Positions 29,507 through 40,317 of a DNA stretch of 57,948 nt are shown here, piece by piece; positions within the stretch are counted from its first letter, which is position 1; every line of letters begins with the position of its first letter. The stretch is from NCBI GenBank assembly GCA_964479235.1, contig CAYZLB010000001.1, forward strand, positions 1 to 57,948, given 5' to 3'. The position numbers and the translations under genes were made by a program. The notes under the pieces were generated by a model. That model did no database searches. It was not told the origin of the DNA and saw only the letters and a list, made by a program, of their open reading frames with translations. The DNA is from an uncultured Desulfohalobiaceae bacterium. Lineage in GTDB: Bacteria > Desulfobacterota > Desulfovibrionia > Desulfovibrionales > Desulfothermaceae.

Positions 29507-30790
29507 TTACCGGACCAAGGTCTGTTCCCGGTCTGGACCCACGGAGATAAGACCGACTCTGACTCCCAGCTCCTGCTCAATACACTGAATATAATTTTGG
29601 GCTGCTTCCGGCAAATCCGCAAAGGTTCTGACCTCGGATATATCCTCCTCCCATCCCGGCAGAGCCTCATATACTGGCTCCACTTGGCTGAGGCCGTTCT
29701 CCATCTGCGGAGGATAAGACAACCGGTCCTTGGAGGAGTCATAGCGGGTACATACCCGTATCTCACGCAATCCGCTAAGGACATCCAGCTTGGTCAATGC
29801 AATCTCACGCGGCGCGTTCAATCGGCAGGACTCTCGAAGGACCACCAAGTCCAGCCAACCACAACGGCGAGGCCGGCCGGTCGTAGCCCCAAACTCCGCC
29901 CCCTGGGCCTGCAAATGTTTGCCTGTCTCATCGTCCAGTTCCGTAGGGAAGGGTCCGGCCCCGACCCGCGTGGTATATGCTTTGACCACAGCCACCACCT
30001 TGTGCAGGGCCTTCGGTCCGCAACCGCTGCCCGCAGAAGCATTCCCGGCCAAGGTATTGGAAGAAGTGACATATGGATATGTTCCATGATCAATATCCAG
30101 ATGCGTCCCCTGGGCCCCTTCAAAAAGGACCACTCTGTCAGCGGATTGGGCTGCGGCGATCTCTGTTGAAACATCTGCCAGATAGGGCTTCAGGCGTTCA
30201 GCCCAAGGCTGCATGGCCTCCCACATGTCTTTGACCTTGACGGGCTGGACATCAAAATAGTGCTGAAAAAGGACGTTTTTCTCTTCTATAGCCTTTTCCA
30301 TTTTGGCCAGCATAAGCTGAGGATTGAGAACGTCTGCCGCCCGGATGCCGACTCGGGACACCTTGTCCTCATAGGCAGGCCCGATACCCCGACCTGTAGT
30401 CCCTATTTTATCCGGCCCTTTTTTCTTCTCTTCCCGAGCGGAGTCCAGCAGCTTGTGATAGGGCATTATCAGATGGGTCTTACGGCTGATTTTCAGGCTG
30501 GACGGCCCGATCTGGATACCCAGGGCATTGAGTCCATCCAATTCCTGGCAAAAGACTTCTGGATCCAAGACCACACCATTACCGATCAAGCAGAGTTTAC
30601 CTGGATGCAATATGCCGGATGGAATCAGGTGCAGGACCACCTTGTGCCCTTTAACCACCAAGGTGTGCCCCGCATTATTCCCTCCTTGAAACCGGACAAT
30701 GACTTCCGCCTTTTCAGTAAGCAGATCCACAATCTTGCCTTTGCCTTCGTCTCCCCACTGCGCGCCAACTACCACCACATTCTCGGCCAT
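29507..30790 (-). CDS. purA: Adenylosuccinate synthetase
   Basis: [44 protein letters not shown]. Confidence 0.97.
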   Translation of the reverse strand: MAENVVVVGAQWGDEGKGKIVDLLTEKAEVIVRFQGGNNAGHTLVVKGHKVVLHLIPSGILHPGKLCLIGNGVVLDPEVFCQELDGLNALGIQIGPSSLKISRKTHLIMPYHKLLDSAREEKKKGPDKIGTTGRGIGPAYEDKVSRVGIRAADVLNPQLMLAKMEKAIEEKNVLFQHYFDVQPVKVKDMWEAMQPWAERLKPYLADVSTEIAAAQSADRVVLFEGAQGTHLDIDHGTYPYVTSSNTLAGNASAGSGCGPKALHKVVAVVKAYTTRVGAGPFPTELDDETGKHLQAQGAEFGATTGRPRRCGWLDLVVLRESCRLNAPREIALTKLDVLSGLREIRVCTRYDSSKDRLSYPPQMENGLSQVEPVYEALPGWEEDISEVRTFADLPEAAQNYIQCIEQELGVRVGLISVGPDREQTLVR

Positions 30791-30814
30791 GAATATCTCC
30801 TTGTTAACGATCAC

Positions 30815-31150
30815 TCACCGGGTGCCCCGGGACTGAAACTGGATCACCTTACCCCTTTCAGCATTTGGTGCTTCATCGTTTTCCTGCACCTTGACCGGTT
30901 CCTCTTCGTGTTTTTGTTCCCCCTGGTCGGACGTACGGCCCGCTTCTTTCTGTTCCGACCACAAATCGTTGAACAGCTGGTTCTTCCAGCGCACAGTTTG
31001 AATCAGGCCAAAAACAATGCAAGCCTCCTCCCAGCTGTGCGTCGGTTCAAATTGTTTGACTCGGCTGTGGTATGTATCCCACAAGGCCATCAGCGAGGCC
31101 TCGTCCATTGAGGCCAACTGTTTGGCCATTTTTTGCAGCATGGCTTCCAA
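30815..31150 (-). CDS. Conserved hypothetical protein upstream of purA
   Basis: DEASLMALW...FEPT..WEE...VRWKNQLFN; AGGAGG RBS before TTG at 31150. Confidence 0.7.
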   Translation of the reverse strand: MEAMLQKMAKQLASMDEASLMALWDTYHSRVKQFEPTHSWEEACIVFGLIQTVRWKNQLFNDLWSEQKEAGRTSDQGEQKHEEEPVKVQENDEAPNAERGKVIQFQSRGTR

Positions 31151-31323
31151 ATCCGCGTCCTCCTTCCCCGTATGCAAATATGTCTCACCAGTACAGCAAG
31201 ACGTTCCACCCATCATAACCTGCAAAATTGCCACTGTTCAAGGGTTATGCTACAGTTTTTTTCTTACCGGTACGACGGAACCCCGTTTTTTGCCCACTAT
31301 CAGCCAAAATGGAGACAACTGGT

Positions 31324-32601
31324 ATGACTGACATCAAGACAATGTATCATTCCGTGCAAGAGGACCCCTTCCCCCGGGAACTGCATTTGACCCTTGGAGA
31401 CCGGGAACTGGTTTTCAAAAAAAAGACCTGGACTATTGGCGGGGAAGAGAAGGGCCTGCGCTACGGTGAAAATCCGGATCAGCCAGCGGCCTTGTATGCC
31501 TTGGATCAAGGCACACTGGAGCTTGGAGGGGTAGACTTCCGCTCCCCGCGGCAAGGCCTGGTTTCCGCCCTCCTGGCCGAGCAGATGATTCAATCCGGAA
31601 AGCACCCCGGGAAGATCAACTTGACCGATGTGGATAACGGTATCAATATCCTCCAGTACCTCAGTGCCAAGCCCGCGGCAGTCATTCTCAAGCACAACAA
31701 CCCCTGCGGGGCAGCCTGGTCCGATCAGGGAATCCACAGGGCTGTGGCCAAGGCCTTTTGGTCAGACCGAATCGCCGCCTTTGGTGGGACGGTGGTGGTC
31801 AACATGCCCTTAAATACAGAAAGTGCCGAGTTCATCAACAACTCGTATTTTGAGGTTGTGGCTGCTCCGGATTTTGAAGCCGGTACAGTGGAGATCCTCA
31901 AAAAACGAAAGAACCTGCGTATATTGCAAATGCCGGGTCTGGCACAACTCAAGACCTTGCTCAACGTTCCCTACCTGGAACTGAAATCCCTGGTCGACGG
32001 TGGACTCATAGCCCAGTTTTCTTATCGCAATAGGATCCTCTCTGCACAAGATTGGCTCCCGGCCCAAACCGTGACCAAGGACGGAACAACCATCATGGCC
32101 CGCCAACCAACAGACCAGGAAGGCGAAGACCTGCTCTTTGCCTGGGCTGTGGAAGCAGGCGTTTCCTCCAACTCGGTCATCTTCGCCAAAAACGGTGCTA
32201 CAGCCGCCATCGGCACCGGCGAGCAGGACAGGGTGGGCTGCGTTGACCTGACCATCTACAAGGCCCGAACCAAATACGCCGACGTATTAGCCTTCAAGGA
32301 AACAGGGCTTTCTATTTACCAGCTGCGGCAAAAGGCCAAGGCCGATGCTACGGCGGCAAAACAGCTGCAGACCATTGAAGCCAAGACCTCAACCGACCAG
32401 GCCGGCCTGAACGGTTCAGTCCTGGTCTCTGACGGATTCTTCCCCTTTCGGGACGGTGTGGACCTGGCCATAGATCAAGGCATCACTGCTATTGCTCAGC
32501 CCGGAGGGTCCCTCAACGACGCCGAGGTCATCGAGGCCGTCAATCAGGCAGATCCCCAAGTGGCCATGGTCTTTACCGGACAACGTTCTTTTAAGCACTA
32601 G
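31324..32601 (+). CDS. purH: PurH-related AICAR transformylase/IMP cyclohydrolase family protein (no N-terminal MGS-like domain)
   Basis: LRYGENPDQ, KHNNPCG, AFGG, SNSV, SDGFFPFRD, QPGGS, RSFKH. Confidence 0.85.
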   Translation: MTDIKTMYHSVQEDPFPRELHLTLGDRELVFKKKTWTIGGEEKGLRYGENPDQPAALYALDQGTLELGGVDFRSPRQGLVSALLAEQMIQSGKHPGKINLTDVDNGINILQYLSAKPAAVILKHNNPCGAAWSDQGIHRAVAKAFWSDRIAAFGGTVVVNMPLNTESAEFINNSYFEVVAAPDFEAGTVEILKKRKNLRILQMPGLAQLKTLLNVPYLELKSLVDGGLIAQFSYRNRILSAQDWLPAQTVTKDGTTIMARQPTDQEGEDLLFAWAVEAGVSSNSVIFAKNGATAAIGTGEQDRVGCVDLTIYKARTKYADVLAFKETGLSIYQLRQKAKADATAAKQLQTIEAKTSTDQAGLNGSVLVSDGFFPFRDGVDLAIDQGITAIAQPGGSLNDAEVIEAVNQADPQVAMVFTGQRSFKH

Positions 32602-32621
32602 ATCCATTCTGGACACCTGTC

Positions 32622-34679
32622 ATGAGTTCATCATTTTCTCCCATTGCCGCCAACTGTGTTGTCGAATACCTCCAGGACAATCAGCCTGTTGTGGGCTGTG
32701 TCCTGGAAGAAAGCGGCAAGCATGTACGCATACTCAATGTCAATAAACGGATTATGAAGCTCTCTGTGTCCAGGCTCTTGCCCTGGACCGGTCCGTCACT
32801 TCCTTCCGGCAGCTCCCGGCAAGAGGTGCTGGACAATTTGGAAACCAAACACAAAAATCGATTGGAGCTGCAATCCGGAATCAATGCCCTGGAGCTCTGG
32901 GAGTTGACCTATCCTGAAGTTGATGCCGGCCGGGTGGAGTGGCTGGCCGGGCTGATCTGGACCGACCCTAGCCATGATCAGATCGCGGCCCTGGGCCGAA
33001 TACTCCTGCAGTATAAGGCCTATTTCAAATTCCAGCCCCCGAAGTTTTTGATCTATGATCCGGTCAAGGTTGAAGCCAACCTGGCAACCATGGAGGCCAA
33101 CCGCAGGCGGCAACTGATCGTCACTCAGGGGCAGGAGTTCTTCAAGGCCTTGTGGAAACACGCCACGTCCGGACAGTCCCCGAAACCCAATGAACCGGAT
33201 CCTGAAGTCGCAAATGAACTCAAAGAGCTTCTCCTGCGCAGTATGGCGGATCCTGAACACAAAGAGATCACCGGCCTATGGACAGAAGTCCGCCGGGGCC
33301 TTCCTGAACACGAACACCTCCCATTGCTTCTGGCCCAGGCATGGGGGTTGGTCCCCGCTCATTACAACGTCCTTTTAGATCAGATCGGCTACGCCTGGGG
33401 CGACAGCTGGAGCAGAAAACATGCTGCCGAAATCTCCAGGCAAAAAGAACTCTGGACCTCTTTGCGCAGTTTCCCGGAAGGGCTTCCCCTGATCAGTATT
33501 GATTCAGCTACAACCAAGGACATGGACGATGCCTTTTGTTTGCAAATGGATGCAAAGGGGCAGTATTGCCTGACTTTGGCTCTGGCCTGGCCCGGTCTGA
33601 CCTGGGACTTTGACACTGCACTCAACGCCGAAGTTGCCCAACGGATGAGCAGTTTATACCTTCCGGAAGGGACCTCCAATCTCTTGCCAGAAGAGGTAGG
33701 TATTGATTTGTACAGCCTGCAGGCCGGTAAGGCCAGGCCAGCCTTTGTGGTTCAAATGACTCTTGATTCTCAGGGAGAAATTCAGGACCTTGACCTGCGC
33801 AGTTCATGGGTTCAGCTGGCAGAAAATTTGACCTACACGCAGGCCGAAGAGCTCCTGCAAACCGCACCGGCAACCCACAATCTGGGGAAGGCCCTGACCT
33901 TGGCTGAAACACTGCGGACCAAGCGCATCCATCACGGCGCGGTCATCCTGGAACAACAGGACCCTGTCATCCGCCTGGAGAAGGAAAATCAAAGAACAAT
34001 GGTCCAACTGGAACATCCGGCAGACACACCCGGAGCCCAGCTCATCGTCAGCGAGTTCATGATCCTGGCCAATTCGGCCATTGCCGAATGGGCCAAAACG
34101 CACCAAGTGAGCTTGCTTCATCGGACCCAAGATATCCGGTTGCCCAGGGAGCTGGCCGGGATTTGGCAGGATCCTGTGGATATATATCAGGCCATGCGGG
34201 CCATGAACAGCTCCAAACTGGATGTGCAGGCTCGCCCCCATGCCAGCCTCGGAATACAAGCCTATGCCCCTATTTCGTCCGCCCTTCGCAGGTATCCGGA
34301 TCTGATGAACCTTTGTCAAGTGGTCACTTATCTAGAGACCGGGATGCCGAAATGGGACGGGCAAGAACTTATGGCCAAGCTACCGGAACTCACAGCCCGG
34401 ATGCTAGATGTTTCCAAAATCCAGCGCTACCGGACCAGATACTGGAAGTTGCTTTATTTTCAAAGGTGGTGTAAGGAGAGGACGTGGGCAGGTGTCGCTG
34501 TGGCTGAAGAGGGGCAGTATATCGTTGTCTGCCTGCCCGAAGAGCAGCTCTTTGTCCGCGGACCGAAAAAACTTTTTGGGGACAAGGTCTTTCCCGGCTT
34601 ACGGTATCAGCTTGAACTGGGAAAGATTGATCCCTTGAACAACGACATCAAAATCATCAAGGCGAGGGAGGAAGAATGA
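32622..34679 (+). CDS. RNB-domain (RNase II/R family) exoribonuclease
   Basis: SIDSATTKDMDDA, SLYLPE, EFMILAN, SSALRRYPDL. Confidence 0.9.
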   Translation: MSSSFSPIAANCVVEYLQDNQPVVGCVLEESGKHVRILNVNKRIMKLSVSRLLPWTGPSLPSGSSRQEVLDNLETKHKNRLELQSGINALELWELTYPEVDAGRVEWLAGLIWTDPSHDQIAALGRILLQYKAYFKFQPPKFLIYDPVKVEANLATMEANRRRQLIVTQGQEFFKALWKHATSGQSPKPNEPDPEVANELKELLLRSMADPEHKEITGLWTEVRRGLPEHEHLPLLLAQAWGLVPAHYNVLLDQIGYAWGDSWSRKHAAEISRQKELWTSLRSFPEGLPLISIDSATTKDMDDAFCLQMDAKGQYCLTLALAWPGLTWDFDTALNAEVAQRMSSLYLPEGTSNLLPEEVGIDLYSLQAGKARPAFVVQMTLDSQGEIQDLDLRSSWVQLAENLTYTQAEELLQTAPATHNLGKALTLAETLRTKRIHHGAVILEQQDPVIRLEKENQRTMVQLEHPADTPGAQLIVSEFMILANSAIAEWAKTHQVSLLHRTQDIRLPRELAGIWQDPVDIYQAMRAMNSSKLDVQARPHASLGIQAYAPISSALRRYPDLMNLCQVVTYLETGMPKWDGQELMAKLPELTARMLDVSKIQRYRTRYWKLLYFQRWCKERTWAGVAVAEEGQYIVVCLPEEQLFVRGPKKLFGDKVFPGLRYQLELGKIDPLNNDIKIIKAREEE

Positions 34680-35287
34680 ACATCGTGATCGCAGGATTGG
34701 GCTGGCTCCTTGTGGTCTATCTCATCGGTTCCATACCATTTGGTCTTCTGATCTCCAGACTGGCCAATGGAATAGACCCCAGGCTGACCGGAAGCAAAAG
34801 CATCGGGGCCACCAACGTGGCCAGGACGTGCGGTATGGGCTACGGGATCCTTACCTTTGTTCTCGACGCGGCCAAGGGGCTCATTCCCATGCTCCTGGCC
34901 ATGGGCATCAACAGCTCTGCCGCCTTTTTAACCCTCACCGGCCTGGCTGTGCTTTTAGGGCATCTTTTCTCCGCCTTTCTGGGCGGCCGGGGAGGCAAGG
35001 GCGTTGCCACCACCATTGGGATCTTTTTGGCTTTGACCCCCACGCCGTTGTTTTGGGCCGTGGTCGTCTGTTTGCTGCTTATCTGGGTCACCGGCTATGT
35101 TTCCATCGGCTCACTGACTATGGTTACCTTGCTCCCGATCTTTATTTTGTTCTCCGGTGCCTTTTCCTACCTCATTCTCAGCCTTTTGGTTCTCGCCCTG
35201 GTCTACTCCAAACACCGGGAGAATATCATGCGCATAGCCCGCGGACAGGAGAACCCTTGGCAACGGGACCGATTCGTGCTCAACTAG
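34676..35287 (+). CDS. plsY: Glycerol-3-phosphate acyltransferase PlsY
   Basis: YLIGSIPFG, GSKSIGATNVAR, DAAKG, GGKGVAT, HRENI. Confidence 0.95.
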   Translation: MNIVIAGLGWLLVVYLIGSIPFGLLISRLANGIDPRLTGSKSIGATNVARTCGMGYGILTFVLDAAKGLIPMLLAMGINSSAAFLTLTGLAVLLGHLFSAFLGGRGGKGVATTIGIFLALTPTPLFWAVVVCLLLIWVTGYVSIGSLTMVTLLPIFILFSGAFSYLILSLLVLALVYSKHRENIMRIARGQENPWQRDRFVLN

Positions 35288-35422
35288 GAATGTTTCCCGG
35301 CCTCTCATCCAGGTCCGGGCTGTGGATTTATGGAATTGCCGGCCACAGCTTTCAAGCTGTGGCCGGCAATTCTTTTGGGGTCTTGATAAAATGCGATTCA
35401 CCCTGCTTTTCCTAAGGACAAT

Positions 35423-36217
35423 ATGGTCTGCACCCTACACCACATCTCGCCATCCTCTGTTCCATCCGGCAGTACCCTCCTGCTCTCATCTCAGCCTCTG
35501 CAACCGGGCACTTTGCCCCATATTGCGGGATCAGACCTGCCGGAGAGAGTAGCTGTCGGGTCTTTTTTCTCTCCGCAGGGGCAGGGTACCTGGGTGCAGG
35601 TCCAGGGACACTGCTGGTTGCCGGGTCAATCCCGGGCTGTGGGATACTGGGTCACAACCCACCTCCCCCTGGCCCAGGACATGCTTCCTTGTCTGCTGCA
35701 CATGACCACATCCGGATTCAGCCTGGCCTGGATTACCCTCAGCGATTCGGGAATTCAAAGAAAACGCAAAGACAACAGCGGTCCGCAAATTCCGGAGCTG
35801 GTCTCCAACTGTCTTCCCCTTAGCCTGAGCCAGGGCTTTCTGCTCCCTGATGACGCCTCATCGATCCAAAGCCTGCTCACCCATTTGGCTCTGACAGAAA
35901 AGTTCGATCTGATCATTACAACCGGAGGTACCGGGGTGGCCCCCCGGGATGTGACTGCCGATGTCACTGCTGCTTTAGTCCAGAAACGACTTGCAGGATT
36001 CGAGCAGGCCATGATGAATGCATCACTGGCCGTTACCCCACACGCGATTATTTCTCGAGCCGTTGTCGGCATACTTGGTACCACCCTGATCATCAATCTT
36101 CCAGGAAGCCCTAAAGGCGTGCGTGAAAACCTTGCCCCCCTGCTTCCGGCCTTACATCATACCCTGAACAAGATACACGGAGATCCAACAGATTGCGCGT
36201 CTTTGAATCCTCATTAG
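35423..36217 (+). CDS. MogA/MoaB family molybdenum cofactor biosynthesis protein
   Basis: ITLSD, TTGGTGVAPRDVT, NLPGSPKGV. Confidence 0.88.
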   Translation: MVCTLHHISPSSVPSGSTLLLSSQPLQPGTLPHIAGSDLPERVAVGSFFSPQGQGTWVQVQGHCWLPGQSRAVGYWVTTHLPLAQDMLPCLLHMTTSGFSLAWITLSDSGIQRKRKDNSGPQIPELVSNCLPLSLSQGFLLPDDASSIQSLLTHLALTEKFDLIITTGGTGVAPRDVTADVTAALVQKRLAGFEQAMMNASLAVTPHAIISRAVVGILGTTLIINLPGSPKGVRENLAPLLPALHHTLNKIHGDPTDCASLNPH

Positions 36218-36222
36218 ATTCC

Positions 36223-39200
36223 ATGATGACCTATACAGCAGACCTGCACATCCATTCCCGCTATTCCCGAGCCACAAGCAAGACCCTGTCCATCCCCAGC
36301 CTGGCTGCCTGGGCCGGGGTGAAAGGTGTAGACATTTTGTCCACCAGCGACTTCACCCACTCTGGCTGGCTGGAAGAAATTAAAACCCATCTGGAAGAAA
36401 ACGGGGACGGCCTGCTCAGACTGAAAGATCCGGCCTGCATGGCCTCACAAATCCCCTGGCTGGACAAAGGAGTTTTGCCCCAAGCCCCGCTTTTCATCCT
36501 GGGGACTGAAATCAGCTCCATCTACAAAAGCCAGGGGCAAGTGCGCAAAATCCACAACCTGGTCTTTTTTTCCTCCCTGGACCGGGTCCGGTCCTTCAAC
36601 CGGCGTCTTGGCCAGGTGGGCAACCTGGAATCAGACGGTCGGCCTATCTTGGGCCTGGACAGCCGTGACCTCCTGGAAATGGTCCTGGAGGCCGATCCTC
36701 TGGGGTTTCTGATCCCGGCCCATATTTGGACCCCCTGGTTTTCCCTGTTCGGATCGAAGTCCGGATTCAACCGTTTGGCAGACTGCTATCGAGACCTGAG
36801 CCAGCACATCTTTGCCCTGGAAACCGGACTGTCTTCCGATCCGGAGATGAACTGGCTGTGGAGCGGACTGGACGCGTACACCCTGGTTTCCAACTCCGAT
36901 GCCCACTCCGGTGAAAAACTGGCCCGAGAGGCCAACGTCTTCTCTGGACAGCCCACCTATGAGCACATCATGCAGGCCCTGCAAAAAACAAGCGAAACAC
37001 AGCGCTTCCTGGGATCTATCGAATTCTTTCCTGAAGAAGGCAAATATCATCTGGACGGACACCGAAAGTGCGGCATTGTCCTGGATCCCAGAGAAACCAC
37101 CAAGCTGGGCGGGATATGCCCGGTCTGCGGAGGAAAACTCACTGTCGGTGTTTTAAATCGGGTCCTGGACCTGGCCGACCGGGACACACCCTGCCGGCCT
37201 GAACATGCACCCGGATTTGTCTCCCTCATCCCCCTGCCGGAGATGCTGGCTGAAATCCTGGGCAAAGGGCCCAGGACCAAAACTGTGACCTCGGTCTACG
37301 CCCAACTGATCCAGGCCCTGGGGTCCGAGTTGGATATCCTGCGCAATACCCCGCCAGAGGAGGTCAAACCCTTTTCTTCAGTCCTGGCCGAGGGCCTGTC
37401 CCGCATGCGGCGTCAGGAAGTCCGCCGCAAACCCGGTTTTGATGGAGAATTTGGGCAGATCTCGGTCTTTACTCCAGAGGAAATGGAACGCTGGGGCCAG
37501 GGCCGTTTCAGCTGTCTCCGTCCCCAAACCGCATCTTCCTTAACCCCAGACCCGAAAAAAGGATCTGCAAAACAGCACTCCAACAAACCGGCCCAGACAG
37601 AGCACGAACCGCTGATTGAAGAGCAAAATGATGAACAAAGGCAGGCTGTGCGCAGCGGCCCCCATCCTGTCCTTATCCTGGCCGGACCAGGCACTGGAAA
37701 GACCAAGACCCTTATCGGACGAGTAAAATACCTCCTGGATCAAGGGATCGACCCGGCATCAATTCTGGTGGTCACCTTCACCAGGGCCGCGGCCAGGGAA
37801 CTTCAAGAACGGCTGCAATCCATGCTGCCGCCCGGCATCCAGCCTCCCCGTGCCGACACCTTGCACGCCCTGGCCTTTGAGCAATGGAAAGCCAGACTGG
37901 GTCAACCACCGGTACTCATGTCTGAACAGGAGGCCCGAACAATATTTGCCCGGTCCAACCCGGAGCTTACCGGACCGGATCTCTCCTCGACCTGGGAGCA
38001 GTTGAGCAAAGCCAGGGAACAAAGACATATGCCTGCCTTTCTTTGTCCCTATGAACAGGCATTTGCGCAGTACAAAAAAGCCTGGAACCTGGCTGATTAC
38101 ACTGACCTGCTCTCCAATTGGCTGGACATGCTCCAAACCCCGGACACCTCCCCTGCCTTCTCGCATCTGCTGGTGGATGAAATCCAGGACCTTTCCGAAC
38201 TGCAAGGAGAGCTCATTGGGGCCATGCTCCCGGCAGACGGGACCGGATTTTTCGGCATCGGCGATCCGAACCAGTCCATCTATGGCTTCCGGGGGGCAAT
38301 AGGCCAGGTACAAGAATACTTTTCCCGGTTTTGGCCCAACCTGGCAACTATCACTTTGCACCGCAACTACCGTTCCAGCCAGGAAATTCTGGACTTCAGT
38401 TCCAAACTGTGCCCTTTGTCTGTAGCCCTGCAGTCCCACAACAGGAGGTCATCTGCCCAATTGATGTGGTATCAAGCTGAAAGCGAAGCCCAGGAAGCAA
38501 TCTGGATTGCCGGGCAGATACACAAGCTGATCGGGGGAACAGGTCATCTCCAGGCTGATCTCTCTGATGCCGAGCATCTTGCTCCGAGCGAGATCGCCGT
38601 GCTGGTCAGGCTCAAGGCATTGATGCCTCCCCTGCAAAAGGCCCTGGAAAAGCAGGGCGTACCCTGTGCCGTGCCTGAATCTACGCCGTTCTGGCAGGAT
38701 GAACGGGTCCAGCGCATCTTGGGCTCAGCCGCCCGCTTTCTTGGAATTCCCTACGATCAATGCAGTAGCCAGTTCGATTGCCCGGAAAAGATCCTGATCC
38801 AGGGTCCCCGGGAAATAGCCGTCCAATACGGCCAAAGCACAGATTTCGATCACCCCTTCTGGTCCAGCCAGGCCTATAAAGACCTGTGTGCCGCCTTTGA
38901 TCACAGTGGGGACTGGATCAACCTTTTGGCCTGGATCCAGTTGGAAGCTGAGGCGGCCGATATCCGCCAAAAGTCTCAAAAAGTCCGCCTGCTGACAATG
39001 CATGCGGCCAAGGGTCTGGAATTCAAGGCCGTATTTCTTCCAGCCCTTGAACAGGGTATCCTGCCTTTTGCCGGAACAAGGCTGTATTCCGGAAAATCCA
39101 AAATCTCTCAAGATGGACCAGACCTGGAGGAAGAGCGCCGCCTTTTGTACGTGGGATTAACCCGGGCCGAGAGCCAATTGTTTCTAAGTTGTGCAAAACG

Positions 39201-39345
39201 GCGAAGAGTTGGTCCGGTTCCTGTCCGCCTGTCTCCCAGCAATTTTTTGTCCGAACTTGACTGGACCCATGTTTCCAAAATTCATACGGTGGTTCGAACC
39301 AGGAAACGGGAAAAACAGCTTTCTCTTTTGGATGAGCTGGAATAA
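36223..39345 (+). CDS. PHP/EndoQ-like nuclease fused to a UvrD/REP helicase
   Basis: N-terminal DLHIHSRYS, PAHIWTPWFS, ETGLSSD, NSDAHS, GKYH..GHRKC...CPVCG; C-terminal AGPGTGKT, VDEIQD, GDPNQSIYGFRG, TMHAAKGLEF, EERRLLYVGLTRA. Confidence 0.9.
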   Translation: MMTYTADLHIHSRYSRATSKTLSIPSLAAWAGVKGVDILSTSDFTHSGWLEEIKTHLEENGDGLLRLKDPACMASQIPWLDKGVLPQAPLFILGTEISSIYKSQGQVRKIHNLVFFSSLDRVRSFNRRLGQVGNLESDGRPILGLDSRDLLEMVLEADPLGFLIPAHIWTPWFSLFGSKSGFNRLADCYRDLSQHIFALETGLSSDPEMNWLWSGLDAYTLVSNSDAHSGEKLAREANVFSGQPTYEHIMQALQKTSETQRFLGSIEFFPEEGKYHLDGHRKCGIVLDPRETTKLGGICPVCGGKLTVGVLNRVLDLADRDTPCRPEHAPGFVSLIPLPEMLAEILGKGPRTKTVTSVYAQLIQALGSELDILRNTPPEEVKPFSSVLAEGLSRMRRQEVRRKPGFDGEFGQISVFTPEEMERWGQGRFSCLRPQTASSLTPDPKKGSAKQHSNKPAQTEHEPLIEEQNDEQRQAVRSGPHPVLILAGPGTGKTKTLIGRVKYLLDQGIDPASILVVTFTRAAARELQERLQSMLPPGIQPPRADTLHALAFEQWKARLGQPPVLMSEQEARTIFARSNPELTGPDLSSTWEQLSKAREQRHMPAFLCPYEQAFAQYKKAWNLADYTDLLSNWLDMLQTPDTSPAFSHLLVDEIQDLSELQGELIGAMLPADGTGFFGIGDPNQSIYGFRGAIGQVQEYFSRFWPNLATITLHRNYRSSQEILDFSSKLCPLSVALQSHNRRSSAQLMWYQAESEAQEAIWIAGQIHKLIGGTGHLQADLSDAEHLAPSEIAVLVRLKALMPPLQKALEKQGVPCAVPESTPFWQDERVQRILGSAARFLGIPYDQCSSQFDCPEKILIQGPREIAVQYGQSTDFDHPFWSSQAYKDLCAAFDHSGDWINLLAWIQLEAEAADIRQKSQKVRLLTMHAAKGLEFKAVFLPALEQGILPFAGTRLYSGKSKISQDGPDLEEERRLLYVGLTRAESQLFLSCAKRRRVGPVPVRLSPSNFLSELDWTHVSKIHTVVRTRKREKQLSLLDELE

Positions 39346-39408
39346 ACAACCAATAGTATGGAGAACGTGGTCCGAGATGACGTTTTCCTGAGCAGGTTAT
39401 GGACACTT

Positions 39409-39461
39409 TATTGCCCGGCACGGGCGATAACGATGTGTTCAAGCATCCCGGCCGGGCAATA
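39409..39461. repeat. REP-like palindromic repeat, close relative of 52776-52835
   Basis: TATTGCCCGGCACG...TCAAGCATCCCGGCCGGGCAATA. Confidence 0.7.
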
Positions 39462-39519
39462 GTGAACCAACGGACAAGGATACAATTTTTTTAAAACCCC
39501 CATACAACCCGAGACAGCC

Positions 39520-40269
39520 ATGACCCCATCTCCAGGCTCTTCAATATTTCCCGCATCCCCCTGGCCCATTGCCGCTCCATCCTTTATTTGGCCGGCCAGT
39601 GTGGGCCAGAACTGCAAACAGTTGGAGGGCGTTGTCGATGAAGCCGCTCTGGTCTTCTTCCAAACCCATGGCTGTCTGGAATACGACCAAGAGGATCTGC
39701 CCCCCTGGATGGCCGGCCTGAACCTTTCCTACCACATGCATCTGCCTCTGGACCTGCCCTGGGACCAGGGAGGTCAAGCCGCAGCAGAAGCGGCAATAAC
39801 TGTGGCAGACAAAGCCGCCTTTTGCCGGCTTAAATATTTTGTGCTCCATCCACCGGACAATCATCACCTGTTTTGTGACTTTCACCGCCACTGGTGCGCC
39901 CGGGGAATGCCAAGCCACAACCTGCTTCTGGAAAATATTGAGGGCAACGATCTTCTCCCTCTTTTGCCGGCAATAGCTGAAACCGACTGCCGCATATGCC
40001 TGGACTACGGGCATTTGAGCGTTTACGGCCAATGGCCGCTGGTCCAGGAAAAACTTGTTCAGTCCCGCCTGGCCATGCTTCACCTCTATGCCCCGGTTGG
40101 CGGACATACACACAAGGGCTTGACCTCACTCCCGGATCAGGATCAAGATGCGGTCCTGCAACTTTTGGACATGCTTCCGGCCGGACAAACTGTCGTCCTG
40201 GAGGTCTTCTCCTGGCCGGAACTGGACACCTCACTTGACATTTTTTCCTCCTGGATTACGCAGGGGTGA
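39520..40269 (+). CDS. AP-endonuclease-2/TIM-barrel protein, CbiR (cobamide remodeling phosphodiesterase)-like
   Basis: APSFIWP, HMHLPLDL, VLHPP, LLENI, CLDYGHL, H..L, VLEVF metal-binding pattern. Confidence 0.65.
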   Translation: MTPSPGSSIFPASPWPIAAPSFIWPASVGQNCKQLEGVVDEAALVFFQTHGCLEYDQEDLPPWMAGLNLSYHMHLPLDLPWDQGGQAAAEAAITVADKAAFCRLKYFVLHPPDNHHLFCDFHRHWCARGMPSHNLLLENIEGNDLLPLLPAIAETDCRICLDYGHLSVYGQWPLVQEKLVQSRLAMLHLYAPVGGHTHKGLTSLPDQDQDAVLQLLDMLPAGQTVVLEVFSWPELDTSLDIFSSWITQG

Positions 40270-40317
40270 TATCCGAATCATTGGGCTGCTCAAAAAAAAC
40301 ACGGCCTGGATAGTGGT

